DNA from: a virus
Taxonomy: Duplodnaviria; Caudoviricetes
Reading direction: 5' to 3' (one strand)
IMG/VR virus record: IMGVR_UViG_3300028590_000551
Location: 1 to 51,509 of that record
DNA: 51,509 nucleotides
Positions 25,828-35,156 of this stretch are shown one piece after another (within the stretch, counting starts at the first letter, position 1; every line of letters begins with the position of its first letter). The notes beneath the pieces were generated by a model. It did no database searches, was not told where the DNA came from, and was given only the letters and a program-made list of their open reading frames with translations. Position numbers and translations under genes: made by a program.

Positions 25828-26409
25828 ATGACCGTGCCGCAACTCCCGCTGCCGATCCGCCAGGACATCGCCATCAAGCGCGTGATCCTGCCGGCGTTGA
25901 AACTGCTGCCGCCGGCGATGACCTCGCTGCCGGCCGTGCTGATGATCCTGTGCATCTTCCTGCAGGAATCGAACCTGGAACACCGCTGGCAGGTTGTGGA
26001 CTTGAAGCGTCCCAACGCGAAGGGCCCGGCCCGTGGGCTGGGCCAGTTCGAGCGCGGCACGCAGGCCAGCCGCGGCGGGGTGTGGGGCATCATGCTGCAC
26101 ACGGCCAGCCGGTTCTGGCTGGCAAAGGTCTGCGAAGCGCTGGGCATCGCGTTCAAGGCCGACGACATCTGGCGGGGTATGGAAACCAGCGACGCGCTGG
26201 CCGTGTGTGCATCGCGCCTGCTGCTGTTCACCGATCCCAAGCCGCTGCCTGCCATAGGCGATGAAGAGGGCGCCTGGCGCTACTACCTGCGCAACTGGCG
26301 GCCCGGGGCGTACACCAACGGCAGCGCCGCCGCTCGCGCCGCGCTGCGTGCGAAGTGGGGACGCAACTATCGCATGGCGCTGTCCGCCGCACAGGCGCAC
26401 TACGGATGA
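25828..26409 (+). CDS. Putative endolysin (lysozyme/transglycosylase-like)
   Basis: LQES (catalytic Glu-like), GPARGLGQFE, YY.RNWRPG; first gene of the lysis cassette. Confidence 0.65.
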   Translation: MTVPQLPLPIRQDIAIKRVILPALKLLPPAMTSLPAVLMILCIFLQESNLEHRWQVVDLKRPNAKGPARGLGQFERGTQASRGGVWGIMLHTASRFWLAKVCEALGIAFKADDIWRGMETSDALAVCASRLLLFTDPKPLPAIGDEEGAWRYYLRNWRPGAYTNGSAAARAALRAKWGRNYRMALSAAQAHYG

Positions 26410-26852
26410 ACCACCACGCCATCCCCGATGCGCTGATGACGTTGGCGCTGGCCATGACCGTGCCGCTGTGGCCCGGCATCGACGCCTTCAGCCGCTACCC
26501 GGTGCTGGGCATTCCGGTGGCGGCGCTGACCGCGGCCATGCTGGGGTCGGGTTTCAGCTATCTGAAGCGCAAAGGTCAGGACGTGGAGGCGGTGCCGCTT
26601 CGCCTGCTGGGGATCGCGGCCGATGCCTTCATTGGCGGATGGATCGCGGTGGCGCTGCAGCACATCCCGCAGTTGTCGCCCTACGGCATGACGTCCATCC
26701 CGGTGGAAGCGGTGGCCGGGCTGGCGGCGTTCCTGATGCAGGTGGTGCGCATCAAGGCGGCGGACTACTTCGAACGGACCTTCCAGGCGGGGCTGAATGC
26801 CTGGGTGGCGGTTTTCACCAGGGGGAAATCTCGGAATGAGGACACCCCATGA
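26406..26852 (+). CDS. Putative holin
   Basis: Several hydrophobic segments; within the lysis cassette. Confidence 0.5.
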   Translation: MNHHAIPDALMTLALAMTVPLWPGIDAFSRYPVLGIPVAALTAAMLGSGFSYLKRKGQDVEAVPLRLLGIAADAFIGGWIAVALQHIPQLSPYGMTSIPVEAVAGLAAFLMQVVRIKAADYFERTFQAGLNAWVAVFTRGKSRNEDTP

Positions 26853-27226
26853 TCTGGTTACTGCTGACCGTCAACGCACTGGTGTGCTTCGTTATCTTCT
26901 GGGTGTGCGGCACCTTCCTGCTGGTCGCTGACCGTCCCACGTGCGTGCGGAAGGCCGCGGCGCAGGTGGGGCTGTTGCTGGCCATGGTCGGCGCCTTCGC
27001 CACTGGCATGGCGCCGCTGGTGCAGCCGCACGTGCCGGGCTGGTGGTCGGTGCTGTTGCGGGTCGGCATTGCGATGATCGCGCTGGCGCAGTACGACAAG
27101 GCATTCGGCATTGCCGACCAGGCGCGAAGCCTGGCCATCACCGTCCAGACGGTGCCGCTGCGGCTGTCGCTGTGGTGGTCCGAACGGTTGGCCATCGCAC
27201 ACCGCGCCGCGCGGCTGAAGCGCTGA
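26849..27226 (+). CDS. Membrane protein (holin/antiholin candidate)
   Basis: Three hydrophobic segments and a basic C-terminus. Confidence 0.5.
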   Translation: MIWLLLTVNALVCFVIFWVCGTFLLVADRPTCVRKAAAQVGLLLAMVGAFATGMAPLVQPHVPGWWSVLLRVGIAMIALAQYDKAFGIADQARSLAITVQTVPLRLSLWWSERLAIAHRAARLKR

Positions 27227-27645
27227 TGTCGCTGCGCGATCACGTGGCGGTCTGGGGCGCGGCGGGCCAGTGGATCGCCGGCCTGGTGCTGGTGCTGGTG
27301 CTGTCGTGGGCGGCGCTGGCCGTATCGGTTGGCGTCAATGCCTGGCAATGGCGCAAGGCCGGCGCGGCGAAGGCGGAGTGCCGCACGCAGATGGAGCAGG
27401 CCGCCCGCCTCGCCATTGAGGCCGAGCAGAAACGCGCCACACAGGCTGAGGCGCAGGCCCGCGCGATCGCCACCGACACTCGAGCCGACACCGCGCGCAG
27501 CGCCGCGCAGACGCAGAGGAATACGTATGCACGGGAAACCGCACTGGCCGGCGTTGCTCTCGCTGGTGATTGCCGCATGCCTGCTGGTGGGATGCCAAGC
27601 ATCCAGCCGGCCATCGACGAAGCCAACGCCGCCGCGGGTGACTGA
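27226..27645 (+). CDS. Rz-like inner-membrane spanin
   Basis: N-terminal TM segment followed by an Ala-rich coiled coil. Confidence 0.7.
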   Translation: MSLRDHVAVWGAAGQWIAGLVLVLVLSWAALAVSVGVNAWQWRKAGAAKAECRTQMEQAARLAIEAEQKRATQAEAQARAIATDTRADTARSAAQTQRNTYARETALAGVALAGDCRMPAGGMPSIQPAIDEANAAAGD

Positions 27646-27844
27646 CTGCCTGGACGAACCGGCCGGCGAGTTCCCACCCGAGCCGGCTGACCCGGCGCCT
27701 GGTCAGCCCATCACCGATGCGGTGCTGTTGGCGTGGAAGCTGTGGGGTAACCGCGTGATGGGCGTGGCCACCACCGACCGCATCCGCTGGCGCGGCGAGC
27801 GGCGGTGCATCCGCAAGATGGAAGCCGCCGGGCAGATCCGCTAG
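27527..27844 (+). CDS. Rz1-like outer-membrane lipoprotein spanin
   Basis: GAGG RBS, lipobox LVGC, Pro-rich; overlaps the Rz-like gene in another frame. Confidence 0.75.
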   Translation: MHGKPHWPALLSLVIAACLLVGCQASSRPSTKPTPPRVTDCLDEPAGEFPPEPADPAPGQPITDAVLLAWKLWGNRVMGVATTDRIRWRGERRCIRKMEAAGQIR

Positions 27845-28254
27845 GGCATGCGCTGGCAGTAGGTGCTGTCGCCGTCTACCAGCCAGACCTTCAGCGCGTT
27901 GCGCCACTCGGCGGTTCGCCGTTCGCGCCCCAGTGCATACCCGACCGTGACGGTGGTCGTGCTGCCCGTGTCGGCCGGGGCGAAGTCCACGGTGGAGAAC
28001 AGGTGCCCCAGCGAGCCGTTGATGTTGATGCGTGGCGGCTGCCCCACCACGCCAGGCGCGGCTGCCAGGTTGTAGTTGCCGGTGCCGAAGCAGCGCACCA
28101 GCTGCGCCTGCACGGTCTTGAACGCGTCATCCACCGACAGGGCCGATGCCTGCGACGCGCGCGGCACGTCGGGGTTGTCGCGCAAGGTTTGCGGGTGCGG
28201 CGCGCACGCCGTCATTGTGGCGAGCAGCAACAGCGCGAGCAGGCAAGACTTCAT
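27841..28254 (-). CDS. Lipoprotein co-transcribed with the repressor
   Basis: MKSCLLALLLLATMTAC signal peptide II; start overlaps the repressor stop. Confidence 0.7.
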   Translation of the reverse strand: MKSCLLALLLLATMTACAPHPQTLRDNPDVPRASQASALSVDDAFKTVQAQLVRCFGTGNYNLAAAPGVVGQPPRININGSLGHLFSTVDFAPADTGSTTTVTVGYALGRERRTAEWRNALKVWLVDGDSTYCQRMP

Positions 28255-28658
28255 GTTGACCCCCTTGGCTTGACCCCGACGAACTGTAACAGCCCCTCGC
28301 GCTGTTCGGCGCTCAGGCTTTCCAGCCAGGCGTGCAGTGCAGCCAGCGTGTCGTCGGCAATGTAGTGCTCGCGATGCTCGCGCAGGACCCCGGTACCGCC
28401 GCCGGTCCCTGCATCCAGTTCGGGCACTCCGCGGCCCGTAGCCAACCACTCGAACGCCACGCGGAAGTCGGTGGCCAGCGTGATCATGCGCTCGAGCTCG
28501 GGCAGCGCTAAACCCGCCAGCCATTTGCGGGCGGTTTCGCGGGTGACCGCATATCGGTTGGCGAGGGCACCCGTGCGGGCGCGGTCAGCGGGAAACCGGG
28601 CGCGGTCGAGCGCCTTGTGCAGGCGCCCGGCGAATTCCTGATAGGGCGCGGTTGGCAT
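28251..28658 (-). CDS. CI-like XRE repressor (HTH, no peptidase domain)
   Basis: FAGRL...VTRETARKWLAG..LP...WLATGRG; divergent from the cro-like gene. Confidence 0.8.
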   Translation of the reverse strand: MPTAPYQEFAGRLHKALDRARFPADRARTGALANRYAVTRETARKWLAGLALPELERMITLATDFRVAFEWLATGRGVPELDAGTGGGTGVLREHREHYIADDTLAALHAWLESLSAEQREGLLQFVGVKPRGST

Positions 28659-28742
28659 GGGACTCAACAGGAGGCCCGCCACTCCAATCAGGGGTTCGGC
28701 CACCGTGCGGGGGCGGGGGCCAGGCGGCCCCACGTTCAGACC

Positions 28743-28837
28743 GCAACCCATTGTTGCGCAGCACCAGCCGACGAATGGCAATTTTGAGTTGTTGACAAGC
28801 GCAATTTGCGGTTGTAGTTTTCGCAACTATGAATTGC
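28743..28837. promoter_or_regulatory. Four 15-bp operator-like dyads GCAA-N7-TTGY
   Basis: 28743 GCAACCCATTGTTGC; 28778 GCAATTTTGAGTTGT; 28801 GCAATTTGCGGTTGT; 28823 GCAACTATGAATTGC. Confidence 0.8.
28792..28820 (+). promoter_or_regulatory. Sigma70 early promoter (PR-like)
   Basis: TTGACA-17 bp-TAGTTT, overlapped by the operator dyads. Confidence 0.8.
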
Positions 28838-29062
28838 ATCCCGACCCAACCCCAGAACCCGGTCGACCTGTGGGTGGCGCTGTTCCCGACCGTAGGCGAA
28901 GCCGCCAATGCGGCCGGCGTGTCCACCGAAATGCTGCGCAAGATCCGCCGTCGTGGGTACGTTTCCACGCGGGATCGGGCCATCAAGATGGCGGAGGCGG
29001 CGGGCGGGGTAGTGACGGCCGCCGAACTGCTGGCGGTGCATCAGGCCGCGGGGGCGCACTGA
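28829..29062 (+). CDS. Cro-like HTH protein
   Basis: VGEAANAAGVSTEMLRKIRRRG HTH; first early gene. Confidence 0.7.
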   Translation: MNCIPTQPQNPVDLWVALFPTVGEAANAAGVSTEMLRKIRRRGYVSTRDRAIKMAEAAGGVVTAAELLAVHQAAGAH

Positions 29063-29856
29063 TGCGCGCCCTGGGCTACATCCGCGTGTCGACCGAAGAG
29101 CAGGCGGGGCAGGGGCACAGCCTGGCCCTGCAGCCCGACATGATCCGCCAGTGGTGCGGCCTGTTCGGCCACACCCTGGTCGACGTGGTGGAAGACCGGG
29201 GCATCAGCGCCGGCATCGCGCTGCACAAGCGCCCCGGGGGCCGTGAACTGCTTCGCCGCCTGCGCGCCGGTGAAGCCGACGTGGTGGTGGTCTACCGGCT
29301 CGACCGCCTGTTCCGAAACGCGCAGCACGGGCTCAACTTCGTACGCGACGAACTGGACCGCACGGGCGTGGCGCTGCAGTCCATCAGCGAAAAGGTGGAC
29401 ACCACCACGGCGGTGGGCAAGTTCGTGCTGACCATCCTGATGGGTGCCGCCGAATACGAACGCGACCTGGTCCGCGAGCGCACGCGCGCCACGCAGCAGT
29501 CGCTGCGCGAGCGGGGCAGGGTGTACGGCACCACGCCGTATGGCTGTGTGGCCATGGGCGGCACGTGGAGCGATGACGCCGGCCGCGTGGTGGGGCAGTC
29601 GCTGTTCCGCGACCCGGCCACCTGGCCGCACCGCGAACTGATCATGGACCTTCGCGGCCCACACGACGGTCCTGCGCAGATGAGCCTGGAAGCCATCGCC
29701 GACGAACTGTTCAAGCGCGGCATACGCGCGCCCAACGGCGGCAAGCGCTGGCAGAAAACGTCGGTGTCTCGGGTGATCAATTCGCATGGCGGGTTGAAAC
29801 ATATCCCGGCCATGCCGGTGGTTCACGAAGCTGCGGTTTCGGGGGGCGAGGCATGA
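29062..29856 (+). CDS. Serine recombinase (resolvase catalytic domain plus short recombinase-type DNA-binding region)
   Basis: GYIRVSTEEQ, D.GISA, RPG, VYRLDRLFR, AEYER..VRERT, PYG, SLEAIA.EL...G..W...SV. Confidence 0.9.
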   Translation: MRALGYIRVSTEEQAGQGHSLALQPDMIRQWCGLFGHTLVDVVEDRGISAGIALHKRPGGRELLRRLRAGEADVVVVYRLDRLFRNAQHGLNFVRDELDRTGVALQSISEKVDTTTAVGKFVLTILMGAAEYERDLVRERTRATQQSLRERGRVYGTTPYGCVAMGGTWSDDAGRVVGQSLFRDPATWPHRELIMDLRGPHDGPAQMSLEAIADELFKRGIRAPNGGKRWQKTSVSRVINSHGGLKHIPAMPVVHEAAVSGGEA

Positions 29857-30140
29857 CCACGCGCCCGAGTCGCCACCCCAACCCGGCACGCCCTGCGTGG
29901 GTTTATCAAGGCACCGACGCGCTGAAGAACGCCGCACTGACGTGCTGCCAGATGTCCTACGCGCTTTCGCTGCGTCGTCAGTTGGCATCGCGCCTGATGC
30001 GCGACGCGTCGGACGTTTCCATCCACTTCACCCGGTCGCCTCTGGGTGCGGAGTTCGCGGGGATCTTCGACGCATGCCGTCGTGAAGTGGCCCGGATCGA
30101 ACGCGCCGACCGGCGCCTAGCCCACGAGGTCCATTCATGA
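29853..30140 (+). CDS. Hypothetical protein
   Basis: Coupled ATGA starts and stops in the early operon. Confidence 0.55.
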   Translation: MTTRPSRHPNPARPAWVYQGTDALKNAALTCCQMSYALSLRRQLASRLMRDASDVSIHFTRSPLGAEFAGIFDACRREVARIERADRRLAHEVHS

Positions 30141-30454
30141 GTCGCGTTCTCACGTGCGTCTATTGCGGTCGCGAGTATCCGCAGGACACTCCCGCTCACG
30201 GTGACAAAATCCTTACCGACCACATCGCTGTTTGCGAAAAGCACCCGATGCGAAAGGTGGTGCGTGAACGCGACGTGCTGCGCGCCGCGCTGGCGGGGTT
30301 GGTCGGTGTAGACGACGGCGGCGAACTGATCGAAATGGCAGCAGCCATCAGCGCACTTCCGGCCAGCGCTGACGATAAGGAAGCGATGGTCGCTGGCGTC
30401 AAGGCACTGATGCTCACGTCTGCGCACGCAGAGTTGCGGAGCGCGGTGGCATGA
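30137..30454 (+). CDS. Hypothetical protein with CxxC...HxxxC zinc-finger-like motif
   Basis: CVYCG...HIAVCEKHP. Confidence 0.6.
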   Translation: MSRVLTCVYCGREYPQDTPAHGDKILTDHIAVCEKHPMRKVVRERDVLRAALAGLVGVDDGGELIEMAAAISALPASADDKEAMVAGVKALMLTSAHAELRSAVA

Positions 30455-30678
30455 GTCTAGACACCCCGCTGACGCTCGACGAAGCGCGCGAAGTCGCCCG
30501 CCTGCAGCACGAAATCACCGTGCTGCGCGAGGCCCGCGAAGTCGTCACCAATTCCGCCACGCCGGCCGTGATCTACGGCCGCATGGACGACCTGATCAAC
30601 CGCCGCCAAGACGCGCTGCTGGGCATCTTCCAGCAGGCGCAGGGTGCGGTCCTTTCCGAAGTCAACCTGCGCGCATAA
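30451..30678 (+). CDS. Hypothetical protein
   Basis: Coupled start. Confidence 0.55.
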   Translation: MSLDTPLTLDEAREVARLQHEITVLREAREVVTNSATPAVIYGRMDDLINRRQDALLGIFQQAQGAVLSEVNLRA

Positions 30679-30695
30679 CACAGAGGAGCATAGCC

Positions 30696-30944
30696 ATGTC
30701 CGAAATCATCAAGGGCGCCACCTACACCGACAAAATTACCGGCTTCACGGGCGTGGCCATCGGCCACTGCGAATACCTGACCGGCTGCAATCAGACGCTG
30801 CTGCAGCCGAAGGGCGACGACCCGACGAAGAAAGCCGAGGGCCACTGGTTCGACGACCAGCGGTTGGAGTCGACCGACGCGCCCGTCATCACCCTGGACA
30901 ACGGCGCCACGCCCGGCTGCGACATGCCGGCGCCGGTGATCTGA
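30696..30944 (+). CDS. Hypothetical phage protein
   Basis: Strong GAGGAG RBS; DKITGFTGVAIG..EYLTGC...WFD..RL. Confidence 0.65.
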   Translation: MSEIIKGATYTDKITGFTGVAIGHCEYLTGCNQTLLQPKGDDPTKKAEGHWFDDQRLESTDAPVITLDNGATPGCDMPAPVI

Positions 30945-30954
30945 GGCCATCGCC

Positions 30955-31557
30955 ATGGTCAAGCGCGCCACCCGTTCCCAAGTCATCGCCACGCTGGTCA
31001 ACGCTGCCGTGCTGGAAAGCCGCACGCAGTGGAACGCCTATGCGGCCGAAGTGGTCCTGCACTACCACGACACCGTTGCCGTGGAGGACCGCGACGTGGA
31101 ATTCCACGTGGCCACCACCGCCGACAACCACGAACGCGCCACGCGTCTGAACACGCAGACGGTGCGCCGCATCCTGTCGGGCGAAATCCGCATGTGCGTG
31201 GACATCGAGGAATCGCTGATCAATGCGCTGCCCGAACCGTACCGCGACCACGTGCTGGCGGAACTGCTGGGGCGCGATGGCCTGATCCTTGCCCGCAAGC
31301 CGCCCATGCCGCACGACGTAGTGGGTCAGGTTGGCGCGCCCGCCGAACTGATGCGGCGGGCGGCAGATGCTGTGCAGGCCATCGCGCCGATGCTGGCCGA
31401 CAACAACGCCATCGGCCCGGAAGACCAGCACCACTTCGCCAAGGCCTTGGCCGAACTGCACGAAAGCATGGGCGCGCACCTGACCGCCGCCGCCATGATC
31501 ACCGATGCCATGGGCAAGCTGCCCGGCGGCAAGCCGTCGCTGAAGGTGGTGGGCTGA
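30955..31557 (+). CDS. Hypothetical protein (possible CII-like regulator)
   Basis: GAGG RBS; helical; located in the early region. Confidence 0.55.
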   Translation: MVKRATRSQVIATLVNAAVLESRTQWNAYAAEVVLHYHDTVAVEDRDVEFHVATTADNHERATRLNTQTVRRILSGEIRMCVDIEESLINALPEPYRDHVLAELLGRDGLILARKPPMPHDVVGQVGAPAELMRRAADAVQAIAPMLADNNAIGPEDQHHFAKALAELHESMGAHLTAAAMITDAMGKLPGGKPSLKVVG

Positions 31558-31928
31558 TGGCCGCGCTGACCGAAATCGTGGGGGTGATGGCGGCCAACGA
31601 AGAAATCACCGACGTGGTCGCGCTGATGGATTCGCACCCGCTGTGCCCTTCGTTCTTGTCGATCATGGAGCCCGGGGAAATGCCGTACGAAGGCGCGGCC
31701 CGCATCGGCATCCGCAATCCGGCGTGGGATCGGGAGAGCGGCCGAGACGTGCCGGAGTGGATCGACGGCGATCCGATCTACCCGGGCAGTCCGGAAGCGC
31801 GCCGGTTCTTTGGAAACTTCATCGGCCTGAGCCGTGTTTTCACGATCGACACCGACGATCAAATGCAGATCGCCAAGATGCGCGCGGCCATATCCGCGAA
31901 CCTCGCCAAGTTCGGGGGTGCGAAGTGA
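31557..31928 (+). CDS. Hypothetical protein
   Basis: TGATG coupling with the previous gene. Confidence 0.55.
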   Translation: MAALTEIVGVMAANEEITDVVALMDSHPLCPSFLSIMEPGEMPYEGAARIGIRNPAWDRESGRDVPEWIDGDPIYPGSPEARRFFGNFIGLSRVFTIDTDDQMQIAKMRAAISANLAKFGGAK

Positions 31929-32149
31929 GCACCTGGCAGCAGTGGTTCCCCGGTTCCGACCCGGACCGCCACGGCTGGTGGCGCCTGATCCGCTTCGAAC
32001 AGGTCGACGGCGACGGCAAGCCGATGGGCAAGCCACAGGTGGCGCTGACGCCGGGCAACTACCCGCGCCAGTTCCCCAGCGAAGAGATCGCGCAGCGGGC
32101 GGCCAATGTCCTGAATCAGGAAGAGGCCGAGGACCGCGCCCATGCGTGA
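31925..32149 (+). CDS. Hypothetical protein
   Basis: GTGA coupling. Confidence 0.5.
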   Translation: MSTWQQWFPGSDPDRHGWWRLIRFEQVDGDGKPMGKPQVALTPGNYPRQFPSEEIAQRAANVLNQEEAEDRAHA

Positions 32150-32420
32150 CATGGAAGCCCGGAAGTTCGAAGGGTGCTGCCGCTACATCGGGTTCGACCC
32201 GGTGCCGAAGGGCAAGTCGCCCGACCTGGAGTTCGTTTCCGATGACGGCGCGCTGCGCGTGCCCGCCGTCATGCAGTCCACCCCGTTGGGCACGCGCCTG
32301 TATCGCCGCGGCTCGCTGGAAAAGCTGGTCGCGGCAGCACGGGCACGGCCCGTGAAAAAGGAAGCCCCCGGCGCTGGAACGCCGAGGGCTTCGGATGACC
32401 AAACCCGTCTAGGAGATTGA
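32142..32420 (+). CDS. Hypothetical protein
   Basis: GAGGA RBS. Confidence 0.5.
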   Translation: MRDMEARKFEGCCRYIGFDPVPKGKSPDLEFVSDDGALRVPAVMQSTPLGTRLYRRGSLEKLVAAARARPVKKEAPGAGTPRASDDQTRLGD

Positions 32421-32668
32421 CCGTGCACCAGTGCATCACAGGCGGCGCGACGCCGCAACCCCCGCAGTTTCCGAAGGTCAGCCATCGCTTGATGGTGCGC
32501 GTCAACATGCGGCGCGACGCGCACCGCTGCGGCGTGCCGTCAGGCCCCGCGCTGGCGGCCGTCGACCGCGCCTGGTCGGCCACCGGCGGCGATCGCTACG
32601 CCGCGCGCCGCGCGGGCTGGGCGGCCACCGATGCGCTGCGTGCGCGCCTGCTGTCGCGGGAGGGCTGA
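32417..32668 (+). CDS. Hypothetical protein
   Basis: AGGAG RBS before a TTG/GTG start. Confidence 0.45.
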   Translation: MTVHQCITGGATPQPPQFPKVSHRLMVRVNMRRDAHRCGVPSGPALAAVDRAWSATGGDRYAARRAGWAATDALRARLLSREG

Positions 32669-32671
32669 CCC

Positions 32672-33610
32672 ATGTTCTTCCGCAACCTGGTGATGTTCCG
32701 TTTCTCGCCCCTGATGTTGTGGCAAACCGGCACCAACCCGATGGAGCCGGAGAAAGCGACCCTGCAGGACCTGCTGGCAGACGCCGCGCTGAAGCCGGTC
32801 GGCCCGCTGGAACTGTCGTCGCGCGGTTTCGTGTCGCCGTTCGGCCGAGATAGCGATGCGCTGTTCGCGCAGGCCGGCGATGCGCTGTGGCTTACCGTCG
32901 GCGGCGAGGACAAGATCCTGCCCGGCGCCGTGGTCAACGAAGCGCTGCAGAAGAAACTGGCCGAGATTGAGGCCAAGGAAGGGCGGAAGCCGGGCGGCAA
33001 GACGCGCAAGCGCATCAAAGACGACCTGCTGCACGAACTGCTGCCCAAGGCGTTCGTGAAGCCGTCACGCGTCGACGTGTGCATCGACGTGCGCCGTGGG
33101 GTGGTGGCGGTGGATACAGCGGCCCGCAAGGTGGGCGAGGGCGCGGTGTCGGAGATCCGGCGAGCGCTGGGAAGTTTCCCGGCGCTGCCGCTGAACGCCG
33201 AAGTCGCGCCGCGCGCCGTGCTGACCGGCTGGCTGGCGGGCGAGCCGTTACCCGATGGCCTGTGGATGGGTGAAGACGCGGAACTGCGCACGGCGATGGA
33301 GGGCGGTTCCGTCATCAAGTGCCAGGACACCGACCTGCGGTCGGACGAAGTCACCGCCCACCTTGCGACGGGCATGCAGTGCGCCAAGCTGGCGCTGACT
33401 ATGGACGACTGCGTCAGCTTCGTCCTGGGCGAAGACCTGGTGGTGCGCAAGCTGAAGTTCCTCGACGGCGCCGTCGACCGGCTGGAAAACACCGAACACG
33501 ACGACCTGCGCGCCGAACTGGACGCGCGCTTCGCGCTGATGGCGGGCGAACTGGGCCGGCTGTTCGACGTGCTGGAACCGGCGCTGAAGCTGTCGAAGGC
33601 GGAGGGCTGA
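32672..33610 (+). CDS. rdgC: Recombination-associated protein RdgC
   Basis: MFFRNL, SRGFVSP, EDKILPGAVV, ELLPKAF, RRALGSFPA, ELDARFALM. Confidence 0.93.
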   Translation: MFFRNLVMFRFSPLMLWQTGTNPMEPEKATLQDLLADAALKPVGPLELSSRGFVSPFGRDSDALFAQAGDALWLTVGGEDKILPGAVVNEALQKKLAEIEAKEGRKPGGKTRKRIKDDLLHELLPKAFVKPSRVDVCIDVRRGVVAVDTAARKVGEGAVSEIRRALGSFPALPLNAEVAPRAVLTGWLAGEPLPDGLWMGEDAELRTAMEGGSVIKCQDTDLRSDEVTAHLATGMQCAKLALTMDDCVSFVLGEDLVVRKLKFLDGAVDRLENTEHDDLRAELDARFALMAGELGRLFDVLEPALKLSKAEG

Positions 33611-33612
33611 TC

Positions 33613-34164
33613 ATGCAAGCCGTCCGCTACTACAAAACCAACCATCCCGACGTGATGCGCGCGATCAGCGACCAGCGCGAGGCCCGCCGGACTCTCTGGG
33701 ACCGCGCCACATCGTTTGCCTTCGACTTCGGCGGCAAGCCGGCGATGCTTAGCACCATCACTGATACCTACTTCGGCGGCATCATCTTCACGCCGCCGAA
33801 GCCGACGACCTTCTGGACGGCACCGGACGAACATGGCGCCCAGCGCCCGCGGGCCCGTCCACCTGCGCGAACGACCTGGACGCCCGAAGAGCGGGAGGCC
33901 CACAAGCGGCGCCTAGCTGACTGGGAGGCGCGTCGGCCGCGCGATCACATCCGCGACGAAGGACTGTACGCGGCGATGGGGACCGACTGGGGCTGCCTGC
34001 TGTTCGTCGGCATCGCCTACTTCGACCATGCCGATTATCTCTACGTGGCGACGGCCGCGACCCTCGCACCGCACATGCATGAAATCCTGGGCAGCGAGTA
34101 TCAAGCTGCCCAGCAGCAGGCCAACGCAGTGCGGGCCGCAGAGAAGCAGGCGGTGGCCGCATGA
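33613..34164 (+). CDS. Hypothetical phage protein
   Basis: GGAGG RBS; EILGSEY C-terminal motif. Confidence 0.6.
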   Translation: MQAVRYYKTNHPDVMRAISDQREARRTLWDRATSFAFDFGGKPAMLSTITDTYFGGIIFTPPKPTTFWTAPDEHGAQRPRARPPARTTWTPEEREAHKRRLADWEARRPRDHIRDEGLYAAMGTDWGCLLFVGIAYFDHADYLYVATAATLAPHMHEILGSEYQAAQQQANAVRAAEKQAVAA

Positions 34165-35156
34165 ACGTCATCGCCTTCCGCAGCCGCAGCAGCAGCACCG
34201 CGCCGCCCACCACGCCGTCGACGCTGCACCTGACGCCGATGGTAGACCTGTTCCTGGAACGCCTGCGCGTGCGTGGTGCCGCGCGCAACACGCTGCTGGC
34301 GTACGGCAGTGACCTGCGCCACTTCGTCGTGTTCGCCCTGCGCATGGGCGTCGCACTGGCCGGGCAGGTGGACGAACGCCTGGTCAATCGCTGGATCGAC
34401 GCAGGCACGCAGGAACGCCAATGGTCGCGCCGCACCGCGCACCGCAAGCAAATGACCCTGCACAGCCTGTTCCAGTGGGCCATCGGCGAGGGCTACGCGC
34501 TGCGCGATCCCACCACGGACGTGCGCATCACCTTCCGCCCGCGCGCCGTAGTGGCACCGGAACTGGAACCGCTGAAGCGCGTCGTGGCCGCGATCGGCAC
34601 GCAGGCGCCGCTGGACCTGCGCGACCGCGCCATGTGCCTGCTGATGCTGGATGCCGCGCTGCGCGCCAGTGAGGTGGCCTGCATCGACGTGGAGGACGAC
34701 ACCCATCCGCGCCTGCACTGGGTGGACCTGGTGGCGCGCCGCGTGCACGTGCGGCCCAAGGGTGGGGCGGATACCGACGCCGACGTGGTCGGGCTGGAAC
34801 CGCAGACGGTGGAAGCGATCCGCTCGTGGCTGCGCGTGCGCGGAAAGCTGGCCAAGCCCGGCGAGCGGGCGATGTTCGTCAACCAGAACGGTGTGCGCAT
34901 CGGCCGCCAAAGCGTCTACACGATGGTGCGCGCCCGTGGCGCCGCCGCCGGCCTGCCGCGCCTGCATCCGCACCTGTTCCGCCACCGCCGCATCGGCGAC
35001 ATCGTGGAAAAGCTGGGGCTGGACGTGGGCAGCGCGCAGGCCAGGCATCGGCACAAGTCCACCACCGTCAACGTGTACGGAACGCACGCTGCCGAAGTGC
35101 AGCGCAACGCGGTGCGCGAATTGGCGCCGCTGGGAGACATCGCATGCAACGGATGA
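34161..35156 (+). CDS. Tyrosine recombinase 2 (XerC/D-like)
   Basis: NTLLAYGSDL (Xer N-domain-like), RDRAM.LL...ALRASE, PKGG, HPHLFRH, ARH...TT...Y. Confidence 0.9.
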   Translation: MNVIAFRSRSSSTAPPTTPSTLHLTPMVDLFLERLRVRGAARNTLLAYGSDLRHFVVFALRMGVALAGQVDERLVNRWIDAGTQERQWSRRTAHRKQMTLHSLFQWAIGEGYALRDPTTDVRITFRPRAVVAPELEPLKRVVAAIGTQAPLDLRDRAMCLLMLDAALRASEVACIDVEDDTHPRLHWVDLVARRVHVRPKGGADTDADVVGLEPQTVEAIRSWLRVRGKLAKPGERAMFVNQNGVRIGRQSVYTMVRARGAAAGLPRLHPHLFRHRRIGDIVEKLGLDVGSAQARHRHKSTTVNVYGTHAAEVQRNAVRELAPLGDIACNG

